Part shown: piece by piece, positions 39,514 to 53,911 of the stretch | Layout of the letters: each line of letters starts with the position of its first letter | How positions within the stretch are numbered: the stretch's first letter is position 1 | NCBI RefSeq assembly: GCF_006345805.1 | Contig: NW_021833049.1 | Location: 22,472 to 86,471 of the forward strand | Direction of reading: 5' to 3' | Length of the DNA stretch: 64,000 nt | From: Octopus sinensis | Taxonomy: Eukaryota | Notes under the pieces: generated by a model | The model's input: the letters and a program-made list of their open reading frames with translations, nothing else | Databases searched by the model: none | Told to the model about the DNA's origin: nothing | Position numbers and translations under genes: made by a program

Positions 39514-42347
39514 ATTGTAAAAAGGCAGAATGCCAAATTGAAAGAAAATTTTAATGAAAATGGGTGTATGGAAAAGTTTTTGAAAACCTTACCATCAAAG
39601 AAGCCGACAAAGGGAGCGCTGTGGTTCTAATGGACACGGAGTTTTATAAATACCTAGTGCTTTCCATGCTAAACAACAACACTTTCTATGAGGTTATTAA
39701 CAACTATAAACAACAAAAAACAATCAAAAACCTCACCACACTCATACTCCAACACGGTCAGGGACTCACAGAAAAAGAAATGGATTATATCACCAATTTC
39801 AAATGCAAGCCTAGCCTTTTTTATGGCCTTCCTAAAATCCATAAAAATAAATACATCATCGAAGCCTGCAAACTCTCCTCTGACATCCACACCAACATCA
39901 AAGCACCGGAGGACCTAAAACTAAGGCCCATCGTGGCTGGCACCTCCTGTGAAACACACCGCCTGAGTAATTTCCTAGACATCCTTTTGAAACCTTTCCT
40001 TACCCCCATCAAAAGTTTCATTAGGGATGATCTGGACATGCTCAAACACCTCCCGAAAACAGTTAACGAGGAGGCGCTCCTGGTATCCTTTGATGTCATC
40101 AACCTCTACACCAACATCCCGCATGAATATGGTATTGAGGCAATTGATTTCTGGCTAGAAAAACACCCAGAGACATTCCCTGACCGCATTCACAAGACCT
40201 TTATTACGGAATCACTCAAGTTCATTCTGACAAACAATTATTTCCTCTTCGACAACACACACTACCGTCAAAAATGTGGTATTGCGATGGGTACCAAGGC
40301 TGCACCAGTCCTTGCGAACCTCATAATGGGTTTCTTCGAACTATCACTCTATGAGATATCACGCCAGAAATTTGGACATGTTTTCCACACCTACCTAATG
40401 GAAAACTGGAAAAGGTATTTGGATGATTGTTTCATCATATGGAAAGAACCTTATGAAAAACTTCTGGAATTCAAAACCATACTGAACAACATACATCCCA
40501 ACATCCAATTCACTATGGAATTAAGCAAACATCATCTTCCTTTCCTTGATCTCCTAATTATAAAAACACCTAAGAACCAAATCATAACAGACATCTACCA
40601 CAAACCTACAGACTCACAACAATACCTCCTCTTTAGTTCATGCCACCCAAAACACACCAAGACAAATATCCCTTTCAACTTAGCTAAAAGGGTATGCACC
40701 ATTGCCTCGGATCCACAAAACTCGAGAAATACGCCTTCAAGACCTACAAAAAAACACTATTACAACGCCAATATCCCTCCACCCTTATAGAGTATGGAAT
40801 AAAACGCGCCAAAGAAGTAGACAACATTACACTGAAAATCACCCAACCCAGCAACACACACAACCCCAAAATACTTCCATACATTTCCACCCACTACCCC
40901 CAAAATATCGAAGCATACACCACAATCATACAAAACATCAGTCTACTGTCAACAGACCCAAAAATGAAAAACATAAACACACACAAAATCCTCAAATGTA
41001 AAAGGCAACACAAATTTAAAAAAAAACTCTTGACAAATACCAAACTTCACACACCACATCCACCCCAGCAGTTAAAAAATGTGCACGCCCAAACTGTGGT
41101 ACCTGCCCCTTCCTACTTGAAGGCTCTGAATTTATCTTCAAACAAGGAACGAAGTTTAAAATCAAGACCAACTTCTCCTGTTCCTCCGAGAACCTTATCT
41201 ACGTTCTCACATGCGCCGGTTGCCAACATAATTATGTTGGACAAACGAGCCTCCCGTTACGTAAAAGATTAGCGGTGCATAAAGAAAAAAAAAACTCCGG
41301 AATACCGGCAAATCCCACTGAGTGACCACATAGACTCATGCGCTAAAGACAAAAATCCCAAATTCTACATATTCCCCTTCTACCAATGTAAAGACGGAAT
41401 CACCACACAGGAGAGAATTAACAAGGAGAATCTCTTTATTGAAAAATTCAAAACGCATCTTAATATGGAAACTCCTCGTTGATCATACTTCTTTTTTCTA
41501 CCTCATTCTTCATGGATGGACTAACACAAATATATAAGGATACCATGCAGTCATCACCTCAAGCTAAAACTTATATTCTTTAAATATCATTATTATTACT
41601 GTTGTTATTATTATTATTATTTTTATTATATATGACATAACAATCTGAAATGTAATTATAAATTGGTTTATGCAAATTTATATAATCAGAAAACAATATA
41701 AATAAAGTGTTAAAATCTGAATGTTAAGTTAACAAACAATTATATAAAAAAGATAATGCAAATGAAGCTAAAATGATAATTTTTTAATTTAAGGTTTATT
41801 AACACCCTTTATTACAAAAAATTGATAAACACAAATTGAAGAGCTCAAAACCCATAGAGTTGTCTCCCCTTATTCACAACATACGAACTGGACTACCACT
41901 ACTTCCTGTTTTGCCAGGCACTTAAGAGACACCCTTAATTAAATTAAACAACACATGGATTTAATCCCATTGGATCTCAATACTTCAAGGTAATTTTTTC
42001 GTGAACAATCATTAAACTCAAGATACACAAAGACTTTATAATGTATCGGAGTACCTATTTTTTAATTTTTGTATATATTTATTTTTATTTTTCTGCAAAA
42101 AACAATATAATTTTCTTTTTTCCCCCTCCTCACATTTAAAAAAATTTCTTTTCTTTACAATTCTTGAAAAGTCACATTATGACGAAAACCGGTTTGAATT
42201 AATATATATATATTTTATCAATTTTTCAAAAACTTTTCCATACACCCATTTTCATTAAAATTTTCTTTCAATTTAGCATTCTGCCTTTTTACAATTTCTT
42301 TGCTTATCATTTCTCCACGTGCGGTCAACACAACCCCACCATTTATT

Positions 42348-42350
<3 letters not shown>
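39514..42350 (+). mobile_element. 5'-truncated Penelope-like element: RT (~39590-40800), GIY-YIG (~41080-41480), 3' pLTR, and a 73-bp inverted pLTR fragment at the 5' end
   Basis: TIKEADKGSAVVLMD, FYGLPKIHK, SFDVINLYTNIP, GIAMGT, RYLDDCF; C..PNCGTC, NLIYVLTCAGC..NYVGQT; 39514-39586 is the reverse complement of 42222-42295. Confidence 0.92.
42159..42200 (+). ncRNA. pLTR HHR-like motif, U3:A8 core
   Basis: aattc-TTGAAAA-gtca[catta]tgac-GAAA-accggt-TT-gaatt, at the position expected for a PLE 3' pLTR. Confidence 0.65.
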
Positions 42351-42418
<68 letters not shown>

Positions 42419-43843
42419 TGTGTGTGTGTGTATTCGAGCGTGGCACCATTCGAGTGTAGTCGATGCCAGTGCTGCCTGACCGGTCCTCGTGCCAGTGGCA
42501 CGTAAAAATATCCAATACACTCTTGGAGTGGTTGGCGTTAGGAAGGGGACCAGCTGTAGATATCTTGCCAGATCAGATTGGAGTCCTGAGCAGGCCCTGG
42601 CTTGCCAGTCTTCAGTCAAACCGTCCAACTCATGCCAGCATCGAAAGCGGATGTTAAACGATGATGGTCTTACCATTTTTATCAACATATATATATATAT
42701 ATGTTCATGTTATTTTGAATTATTCAGGTTCAAGAGCGGTGTCCACAACATTTACTTGTAACTTTGTAAATTTTTTACTCCCAGATTTGAAATTTTGTCA
42801 GTGGGTGGTTTATAGTTATGTAATTTTAGATGGTCTTGCTAAGTAAATTTTACTTTTATTCAGGTAAATTTAATTAACAGGTGTAAAAGCAATAACGTTA
42901 TGGATAAACACAGAAATTATCCCAGATGGCAACCGACAAAAATTTTGCCACTTTTCAAGATGAAGTACATTAATTTGAATCAATTAAAATACAATTATAA
43001 TCGGTACCAGATTTTATTCTTTCGGTAAATATTTTGTACCTCGGTTTGGAATAATTTTTCTCCGTAATTTTGTTGTGTGCATTCAACGTATCTGACGCGT
43101 ATGTGAATATTTGGGATGTTTGGTTAATATATTTGTGTGATCTCTATGAAATTGTGGACGACCTACACTATCACTATCCACTCTCCTACATGGTAAACAT
43201 GGTTGTAGGCGAGATCTCGCTCTTGTCTCGGACCTGGCGATGGCCGCCGGCGAGATCTCGTACAAAATGTCACTGTCTTCTTGTGTCACGCTACACATAC
43301 ATACATGCATGCATACATACATAATACATACATACATGTACGTATGTATGCATGCATGGATAGATAGATTAAAATCACGGTAATTTTCACTGCAAGTCAA
43401 TACAACGTAACACAAACTTCATAAAACGACTATAAGTATATATACAGGACCGGATTTAAACCATGGCGACCTAGGGCACTTCAATTTCCGTGGGATCCTC
43501 ATGAACAAAAATGAAAATGTTGGAATATTACCAAATTTAAATCTCAAATCCCATCTATCTCATGTAATTGAATTTAATGAGTTAGCAGAAAAAGTTCAAA
43601 TAAATGACTGAAAATGTCGCTTATAGATATATTTTTGAGAAATCAAATTTTATTTCTTAAACATCCACTTGCGGAGTTAAGCTTTTCCTTCATTGTCAAA
43701 AGTACAATGAAAGATTGAAGAAGGTGTAAGATTTTTTTCTTTTAATGCGAGTTACAAAATGTTTCAGAATGTGGAATACGATAAAATTACGAAAAACACA
43801 AAAGTTCATTTTAGTGGTTTTTGCTGTTCCAAAGGCACGATGA

Positions 43844-43882
<39 letters not shown>

Positions 43883-44774
43883 CGTGAGTGCATGTGTGTG
43901 TCTGAGGGAGTGGGTGGAGAAATAGGGAAATTCAAACAGCTATTCCAAAAGCCTGCTTTTCCAATTTCCAATAGTGGGTAGGTGGGGCACAATGAGTAAT
44001 ATTTACTGCATTTTTTACTTTGAGGAAAGTATATTTGTTATAAACGTTCACTACCTTGCAAAAACTGTATCAGCTAAGTAAGGACTTTCTTTAAATGCGG
44101 CAGAAACTATTCAGAACACTATTTGAAAAAATTATCACTATCCTCTTTGAGCATATAAAAGACAAATTCAGACGGCGTAAAATGACTAAGACATCATAAG
44201 GCATATTTGCCATTCTAATTCTCCATAATTACATTTGAAAAAGACTCATACACATAAAGATCCATTCTTAGACATCGGAAAGATCAGAACTGTAACAAAA
44301 ATTTTAAATATCTTGGTCAAATGAAAGATGATCGTGGAAAAATAGCACATGATATGAAATTAACGAAACTCGACTAAATCTAAGAACTCAACATAAAATA
44401 TTTCTGTAGCTTCTTCACAAGCTGCTGGAGAGGCTGTCTTTCAGATATGTCTATGCACAATACAGTTAAAAGTAGAAATTATGAAAATTAGCCATTACCC
44501 ACTTTGCTTCAATTAAGACATTTTTTTTTAAACTTGAAGATAATCAAACTGGATCTTAGTGTGGGAAAAATTAATATAGAATCCAACAGAGAAAAGAATA
44601 TTGATGGTTAAACATCAAAACTTACCCAGATATTTTATCAGTTACCTCAGTTACAATCGGATCAAAGATGAGGAAAAATTTCTTCAAAAAGTGTACCTGT
44701 CATCTATGATTCAAACTCCCCCAACTTCAACAACTGCATACATACATACATACATACATACATACATACACACG

Positions 44775-44818
<44 letters not shown>

Positions 44819-46929
44819 TAGAATGATAGATAAAATTTACTTGGAAAAGGATGCGTGGCGTTCGATCATATAATAATATAAATAATATATAAATATATGC
44901 ATATATACATACATATATGGACATACCTAGATATATATGTATATATACATGCATATATGGGACATAAAAAAAACGTTGAACACAATGAGAAACGAAAACA
45001 TAAAAACAAAAACATAGAAACAAACTTTTTTCGAACAACGAAAAAAACAAAAAACAAAACATACAACATAAAGAATATTCCTCTTCTTCAGTTGTCCCTG
45101 TTTCAACTACTCCACCTTACGAAGGCAAGGACAAGACGCGGCTTCGTTGAAACAGTCCTTCCCGCAAAGCAAATTAAATAAAATTTGGGATTTTTTGCAG
45201 AGGGTGCAAGTGGTAACAAGATCAGGACAGTGAGAACAAAACAGTAAAAACAATAAAAGACAGAACAATGAGAACAAAACAGTAAAAACAAACGGTGAGG
45301 GCTATTAAGCCAAGACGATGGAGACGAGCTTATGAAGAGACAGTATAAGCACGTTACTGTCTTTCTGCTGATCACTTTTCTTACACTATCCGCATGAACA
45401 TTAACTGCTAGATTTATCCTATGAACCTGAATGAATCACTCAACCCGCTGCTTGGAAATACCTCGGATAACATGTAAGGAGGTACACCTTGACGGAAATA
45501 TGGATAAGCGTTCATACCCTTCTGAACAAGATGGGCTTTGAACTTTATACTTCTATCTACTTTAAATTTTGTGTCTAGAACTTTCCTACGCATACTCAAC
45601 TTGTCTCAGATGACGGAATACCCAGTGTAGGGATGTTGATCAACATATTCAAACATATATGTCAACTGAAATAGTAGCAGAATCACTGTAAATGTTTTTG
45701 CTAAGTGGATTATAAACTACATCAAATTATTTCGAATATCCTGTATTTTGAAGTTCATGAACTCATCTAACGAAAACGGTTTCTTTACAATGCTGTAATG
45801 CTTTCATTAATCGATTAAAGGTGTCGTTAGAAACGGCCGTAACAGATTGACACCTGTACCTCTACTGTTGCTCATTTACATTTTATATATGTATCTTTTA
45901 CTTGCTTCAATCATTAAATTGTGGCCATGCTGGGGCATCGCATTGAATTTTTAGTCGAATGAATCGACCCCAGAACTTACTTGTTAAGCTTGGTACTTAC
46001 TCTATTGGTTTCTTTTGCCGAACTGCTAAGTTACGGGGGACATAAAACCAAAACATCAACACCGGTTGTCAAGTGGTGATGGAGGGACAAACACAGACAC
46101 ATACATACATAGATAGATATATACATATATATATGACAGGCTTCTTTCAGTTTCTGTCTACCAAATCCACTCATAAGGCTTTGGTGGGCCCAAAGCTATA
46201 GTAGAAGACACTTGCCCACGGTGCCATGCAATAGGATTGAATCCGGAACCATGTGGTTGGGAAGCAAACCTCTTACCACACAGTCACTCTTGCACCTATA
46301 TATCTTATACATAAATGGCAATTTTTATCTGGCGATCCGTCTGTTATCATCTCGCTGTCTACACCAGTAAACCAATGTTGACAAAACTTTGCATACATGT
46401 TAAACTAACACCCAGTTCAATTATAGGCTAATTGGATTTCAATAAAAATCTATAATGGGCTCCCTAGTGGGGTTGGGGTACTATTTGATAAAATGAGAAG
46501 GGTCGAAGAGTATTAATGTGAGGAAAATGTGGTAGCATAGTGAGTGTGGCTGATATCAGGGAAGGGAAGAATAGTGTTGTGTAAGCAACAAATATGGAGT
46601 GGCAGTGGGAGGAAAAAACGTTAATACAGCTGTCATTCACAGGTAAGCACGTAGCGCTGCATACATACTTCCGTAGATGCATAGGTACATACAAACAAAC
46701 ACACACACATACGCACACACTACAAACACACACATACAAATAATCAACTTTTAAAACGCTAAGGAAGGGAAAGAAAAGTGGGTGTGAGAAATACATAGCT
46801 TTAAGGAGAGAAGGGGTAGGTGTATTCTCTGCATCTATCGCAAAGAAACACTCACTCACACACGCACATACATACATATATATACATACACACACACACA
46901 TACACATACATACATACATATATATATTC

Positions 46930-46990
<61 letters not shown>

Positions 46991-47146
46991 GTATGTGTGT
47001 GTATATATATATATTATATATATATATATATATATGTCTACTATGCACCATTTTAAAATCATGATTACCTGTGTAAGTTTGTTAATGTGTGTGTTACGAC
47101 CTATAACTGTCTGTCTATCTAATTTTATAGGCTCCCTCTCCCAGTG

Positions 47147-47193
<47 letters not shown>

Positions 47194-47619
47194 GCCATCA
47201 TCATCATCATCGTCGTCGTTTAAGGCCCGTTTTCCATGCTAGCATGGTTTGGACGGTTTGACTGAGGACTGGCGAGCCAGAAGACTGCACCAGGCTCCAG
47301 TCTGATCTGGCAAAGTTTCTACAGCTCGATGCCCTTCCTAACGCCAACCACTCCGAGAGGGTAGTGGATGCTTTTACGTGCTACCGACACAAAGACCAGT
47401 CAGGCGGTTCTGGCAATGACTACGCTCAAAATGTGTTTCTACGTTTTACCTGCACGGGAGCAGGGCGTATACAGAATTGCTTTCACGAAATGTATACACA
47501 CCTAAACATGTATGTACATGTTTATATGATACTAATTCTGTATACGCCCTTCTCCCGTGCAGGTAACACGTAGAAACACATTTTGAGCGTAGTCGTATAT
47601 ATGTATATATTTGTATGTA

Positions 47620-48655
47620 TCATCATCATCATCATCACCGTTTAACGTCCGCTTTCCATGCTGGCATGGGTTAGATGGTTTGACGGAGGACTGGCAAGTC
47701 GGGAGGTTGCACCAAACTCCAATCTAATTTGGTAAGGTTTCTACAGCACGATGCCCTTCCTAACGCCGATCATCCGAGTGCGTAGCGGTAAGGGTGCCAC
47801 TAAGTCAGCACTGGCATCAGTCACGCTCAAATGTATTTTACATGCCACTGGCACGGGCGCCAGTCAGGTAGCACTGGCATCAGCCTCAACTACGATTTCA
47901 CTTGGTTCAACAGGCCTTCACAAGAACGGCATATTGCCCGACACTGCATGACTGTTCGCACACAGGCATCATACAATCCACCTTTCACTCTGAGCGAGAG
48001 GCCCTTTCTTATCAGCAGTAGTAGAAGCTCTCTGAATTTTGCTCAGGCTGTTATTCTAGCAGCTATACTCTCAGAGCATCCACCTCCGCTACTGACTTGA
48101 TCACCTAGGTAACGGAAGCTATCAACTACTTCTAACTTTTCCCTTGGCATATGATGGAATCTGTTTTCTGTACATCTTCGGTGTTTATTGCACATATGCA
48201 TCTGTCACAGTTACCCTTCCTCTGACATTGCTGCGCCTCTTATGTACCCATAGCTTACACCAGGTACATCTTATGGAGTTTCTACCTTCGCCTTTTCTGC
48301 AGATCAAGCAGGGCCATCTACCTGAAGAGATTTGTGATTTGTCTACTTACTAAGACTTTGGTTTTTGCTAGGTTGACTCTAAAGCCCTTTGATTCTAGAC
48401 CTTGCTTCTACGTTTAAAATTTCTCTAGTTCTAGTAGTGACTCAGCTATTAGAGCAAGGTCATCAGCATAGAGGTGCTCCCTGGGGTAGCCTGTCTTGAA
48501 TTCCTCTGTTATTGCCTAGTTGACTATGATGAATAAGAGGGAGCTGAGCACTGATCCTTGGTGAACTTCTACTTCTACCCAAAACTCTTGACTATACTCG
48601 TTGCCAACCCTCATCTTACTGACAACATCCCTGTACACTGCTTGTACAACTCACA
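47620..48655 (-). mobile_element. Degenerate RTE LINE (RT fragment and 3' UTR); further RTE UTR fragments at 42440-42665 and 47195-47460
   Basis: Minus strand VEVHQGSVLSSLLFIIV, HLYADDLALIA, FRYLGDQV. Confidence 0.8.
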
Positions 48656-48910
48656 CATCCCTTCTGTGGACAATTTTATCTTATTCATAACATCTGATGT
48701 CACTAGAGAGTGTAGATAATTTCCTTCGATTTAGTGGTATGTGAAAAAATGTAGGTAATTACAACGCGTATGTGTGTGTGGTGTTTGTGTGTGTGTGTGG
48801 AGTTTGTATGTGTGTGTGTGTGTGTGTGTGTATGTGTGCGCATATGTAGTATAGAACTGGTCAGTACTGAAAGCAATGCACCTTAATTCCCTCTGGAGAA
48901 ATAAACCGTT

Positions 48911-48962
<52 letters not shown>

Positions 48963-49095
48963 AGACTATTATATCTCTGGCGACAATGAGGGATGAATGG
49001 TGTGAAATGGGTTGAAATGGAGTGGAAATAAGGAGTAGCGTCAGGAAAGAAGAGAAAGAAGTAGAGATAGATAGATAGATAGATAGATAGAGAGA

Positions 49096-49158
<63 letters not shown>

Positions 49159-49451
49159 TTGATTGATTTATGGTAGACACGTATATATATGAACAGAGAT
49201 AAAAATTAACAGGTCATTTTATTTCCACAAGTCAGTTTGTGAATTCACCAAAAAGAGCTAAGAGAAAGCGATTGTATGACGAGGGAAGTTCTTTTAAAGT
49301 TACCGTGCATGGGAAGCATTGATGTACATGTGTGTGTGTGTGTGTGCGTGTGTTTGGTGGGGTGTGGGAGACAGAAAGTATGTTGTGTAAGTGAAGTGCT
49401 TCTGTTAGTGTGTGTGAAGAGACAGAGAGAGTAATGTGTGAAAGAGAGAGA

Positions 49452-49970
49452 TACGAGGGGAATTCAATAAGTAATGCCCCTGACCCACTTCCCATAGCAG
49501 TAGAGCAACGAAACTTGGCACAACGTGACTTCAGAAATCAAGGCTGCATCATCTGGGAAACGCTTTCCTTTCAAAAACAACTTCATGATTGGGAAGAGGT
49601 GAAAATCAGAGGGTGCAAGGTCAGGAAAGTAGGGGGATGGGGAGGAGTTCATAGCCATACGCCTGTGCTTCTGATCTGGCGACAAGAAATATGTTATTAA
49701 GACGACTTATCTGTTGCATACGATGTTTCTTCGCTTTAAGTAAATTCCCAGGCAAACGTTTCTAATAGAAATGCAAAAGACACCTGTGGTTTCTGATTTA
49801 CAGGTGTTTGAACCGAGTCAAGTGTGAAATGGAGCCTGTTGAGTGACGAGCAGTGATCCGGTTTTTGTATTTGAAAGGACGCACACCACGGGAGACTTTT
49901 GATGAAATGAAAGTAACTTATGGTGATGATGCCCCATCATATGACCTTGTAAAACGCTGGCATCGTGACA
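49452..49970. mobile_element. Rearranged mariner remnants
   Basis: TIR-like tacgaggggaattcaataagt; PYFPDLAPSDFHLFP (-); VIRFLYLKGRTPRETFDEMKVTYGDDAPSYDLVKRW (+). Confidence 0.75.
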
Positions 49971-50109
49971 CCAGAAGCAAAAATAAGGAATATACACGCA
50001 CAGTAAAATATAGAAGTGTAAAGTATAATTTTTTTTTACATAATCTCTATAATAAACATAATATTGAATGAAATAATCCCCCATTTGAACTTTTTTAATT
50101 ACAGATATG

Positions 50110-50140
<31 letters not shown>

Positions 50141-50286
50141 TGTGTGTGAATGTGTGTGCGCGTGCGTGTGTGCATATATATATATAGTTAATCCAAACAA
50201 GAAAGCACAAAAAAACACACAACAACGCGAGGACGTGGAACAAATATAGTATTATTGGACGCTCAGGAAAGAAGGAAAGAAGAAGG

Positions 50287-50320
50287 GTTTAACGTTTCGA
50301 GCGTGCTCTTCGTCGGAAAC
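50287..50320 (-). ncRNA. Minimal HHR-like motif (U4C) in a pLTR-like repeat (~50185-50392)
   Basis: Minus strand gttt-CCGACGA-agagc[ac]gctc-GAAAC-GTT-aaac. Confidence 0.55.
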
Positions 50321-51769
50321 ATAGGAGGAGGAAAGATCCAGAGAAGGGAAATCAGAGGAAAAAAAGTCGGCAACGGTACACACGAGGTCACATATATATA
50401 TATATATGTATGTATGTATGTATGTAGTATGTATGTATGTATGTATGTATGTATGTATGTATGTATGTGTGTGTGTGTGTGTGTGTGGTGTGTGTGTGTG
50501 TGTGTATGGTAGAAATCTACGGATGCACAAACGCACAAATCAGAAAATAAGACAAATATGGATGACTTGTTCAGAAACACCCGCAAGTGGGGAACATTTC
50601 TCAAAAATAGCCCCCAATTGTTTTCCCCCCAAATTCCTATGTCCTCGGAATCTACATAATCCGAGGTATATTTGCAGACTATTTCATTAAAAAATATCCA
50701 TATTCTCGAAAGTTAAGACGAATTGAAGTGGACTCCGGTGAATTTTCCGAAATTCCCCACACCAAACCCACCCTAAACCCTCCTCCCCCCCAAATATGAT
50801 ATATTCGGAATCTACACTACATAACACATTTTCGTAGACAATTTAATTTAAAATATCCATTTTTCTGAAAGTTATGATCATCCAAAGTCGGTGGGGCAGA
50901 AATCTGTAGTTATGCCAATTCAAAAATACATAAAATGAGTAGTGCAAGTAAAAAAAAGGTTCGTCAATATTCAGAGGAATATTCAAAATTTGGATTTATA
51001 CCCGATATCCACGATAATCTGTCACCAAGTTATGGGCGAAAAACACGGATTTTGTGAATTTTCCGAAGTCCTCTCCCCACACCTCGGAAAAGATCTTTCC
51101 ATAAAATTCTTTATAATCGTAATCTATGCCGGTTGAACAGTACTTATATAAAATTTCATCTAAAGAAATACCGTTTTCCTAAAAGTTATGAGGAAAAAAC
51201 TCGGATTTTGTGAATTTTCCGAAGTCCCCGCCCCCGTTGCTTTCTGCGCATTTTTTTTTTCATACTCGTTTCCTACACATTTTTTTCTTACATCCGTTGC
51301 ATTATGTTTTCTTTATTATGTTTACGGGTAAGCATTAACCGAATTTTGAATTACAAAAATTAAATATCACAAGGGGCATCAGAAATGATTGGATGGGGCA
51401 CGGCCAAAAATCGATTGGGAACCACTGATTTAAGCGATTATTTGCTGAAAATTTCGTTAAAAGGTAATCTAAAATGGATACTATTTAACGAAACTTTCAA
51501 TAAATAATCGCTTAGATCCTGTAGATTGATGTATGTAAAGATTTGTTGGAAGATGGGGTATACATCTGTAAACGGACAATGAAGAAGTGAACGCCCTTAC
51601 CTTGAACGCCCTTACCTTGAACGCCCTTACCTTGAAAGCCATGAGAGATCAATGAGGTTATGAGATAAAATGTTAAGATAAGATGTAGGCTTGAAAGAAA
51701 AGCGGATTTCTGTTTTAAGAAAAGTTTTGAGAAAATGTTGAGAGAGAAATAGTACGTGCATGTGTGTGA

Positions 51770-51804
<35 letters not shown>

Positions 51805-53385
51805 GATGAAAGGTAGATAAAAAGGGAGAGGAAGAAAGTGAGGGAGAGTGAAAGATACATACATAGGTAATGTCATAATCGAAAGATATACAATTCTTTT
51901 GTTATTTGCGCGCGCATGCGTATTTGTGCGTGCGTGCGTGTGTACGTGTATGTGTGTGTTTCTGTGTGTGTGTGTGTGTGTGTGTGTTTCTGTGCTTGTG
52001 TGTGTGTGTTTATTTCTGTCAGTATGTGTGTATGTGTGCGTGTGTGTGTGTATTTCCCTGTCATACAGAAAACGCAGTAAATTTGTATATTAACAACAGC
52101 ATGATTTTCTCTAAGAAAAAAAAAAAGAAAACTCGGATTTTTTGCTTGGAATCAAGTACCCTGATCTCCTAATATGTTGCAAATTCCTTCTTTAGGTTTG
52201 GAAAAAAGCGGGGAATTAGTGGAATTAGTGGAATTTTTTTTTTCGTTGAATGAATTCCTGTGACCTCCTAATATGCTACAAAACCCTTTTTGGGTTCGAA
52301 AAACGGGGTGGGGTGAGGTGGAAGCCTCGGAAATTTCACCCTCACCCTATTGATCTTTTTACCCGCAAAATTTTCACTAAGGAAAAAAAATCGGATTTTT
52401 TTTTTGCTTGGAATCAAGTACCCTTACCTCCTAATATGCTGCAAATCCCTTATCTTGATTCGGAAAAGGTGGGGAGGGGCGAAAGGGGGAACTCCTACCA
52501 TCCCGGAATCATTGGAATTTTTTTTTTCGTTGAATGAATTCCTGTGACCTCCGAATATGCTACAAAAACCAAGACCAGCAACATTTTTCGCCGATTCCAG
52601 GGGTGCTAATGCAGATTCACATCTCTCCTGGAAAGATGCATTTTTCTGAAAAAATTTACTTGGATTCCTAGGTTTTATATGTCGGAATAAACTATTTCAG
52701 AAAAATGCATTTTGAAGGGCAGGTGTGAATCTGCATTAGCCCCATCCCCAAAATCTTTTAGTGAGTGCATCGAGTAGCTTTTCCGTCATCCTCAGGAACT
52801 TCATGGATGCGAAAAACAAAGCCGACATATATGACAGGTATGTAGGGCATATGTATTTCTGTACTTTCTGTTTATTTGTATAAGTTAATGAAATTGTTGT
52901 GCGTGCACACACAAACACAAAAATTCCTGGGATTTGACTGTTATTTTTAGAATATCGCCATTTACAGTTTCAGTCAGTTTGAAGGTTTTCATACGAAATT
53001 TGAGATTAAAAAAAAAAATTCCGTATTCTTAATCTCCGTATTTTTTCACGTATATTGAAAAATAGATTTAATTTTGTAAAACTTTAGCGGTAAATATGCA
53101 ACTGTTATTCTCTCTCTCTTCCCCGCTCCCTAACACAAAAATGTTCATTTTAAATCGTTTCTTTAGAGAAACAACTTTCTCCCCCCCCTCCACAAAAATT
53201 AGTTTGGGCCAGAAAGAGTTTTTTCCCCCCTAAAACGCTGGTATAAAGCTGAATATATTTAGTTCAGGAAAAATGTGTGCTTTGTTGAGAATTAATCGAT
53301 TTATTTGACAGCAAAAAGGTAAATAGCACTTTGTCGGTGAATTTTTACCTGTCTACGTACATGCACATATACGCTATTATATATA

Positions 53386-53880
53386 TCTATATATATAAAA
53401 CTGTAGTTGTGTGAGTGTCTGTCTCCTACGATTTAGATTCCTAACTCCTCCCACATTTTGCGGTGCAGTTTATAGTCGTGATTAATATCGAGCCCGTCTA
53501 GCTATTAGAGCGCGTCTACGATGAGTCAACGATTTTAAAAATAATTTAATATCATTTTTTATACATTTTAATGCATAATTTTTCGTGTGTCGATGGCGGC
53601 GGAGTTGGCGTCCATGGTCACACCTGCACCTGTGTTTGCTTCTCCCCCTTCTTCCCTCCCTCGTGAAGCTGTTGGGAAGGGAGTGTAAGGAAATCAACGT
53701 CGTAATGCGTTGTCAAGGAGACCAGCGTTCTTTTAGAACAACGACTTCATGGCTTGAAGACACCAAAACAGAAATGGCTAAGAAAGCCCGAATTGGCATC
53801 TATAAAGGAAGTAACTCTCTAAAAATGCTTATATAGTTATTTCCCTTACAAACCCGAGCAACGCCGGGCGATACTGCTAG
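53386..53880 (+). mobile_element. Non-autonomous Helitron-like element
   Basis: 5' TC, 3' cccgagcaacgccgggcgatactgCTAG. Confidence 0.75.
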
Positions 53881-53911
53881 TATATATATAAATATATATA
53901 TATATAAATTA

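Noticed and set aside
44050-44700. Possible decayed non-LTR RT fragment (FKYLG-like motif)
   Set aside because: Too degraded to classify or bound
45763-45846. HHR-like CTAACGA…GAAAC-GGCC-GTA
   Set aside because: G5A core change and no stem I; at best a decayed ribozyme
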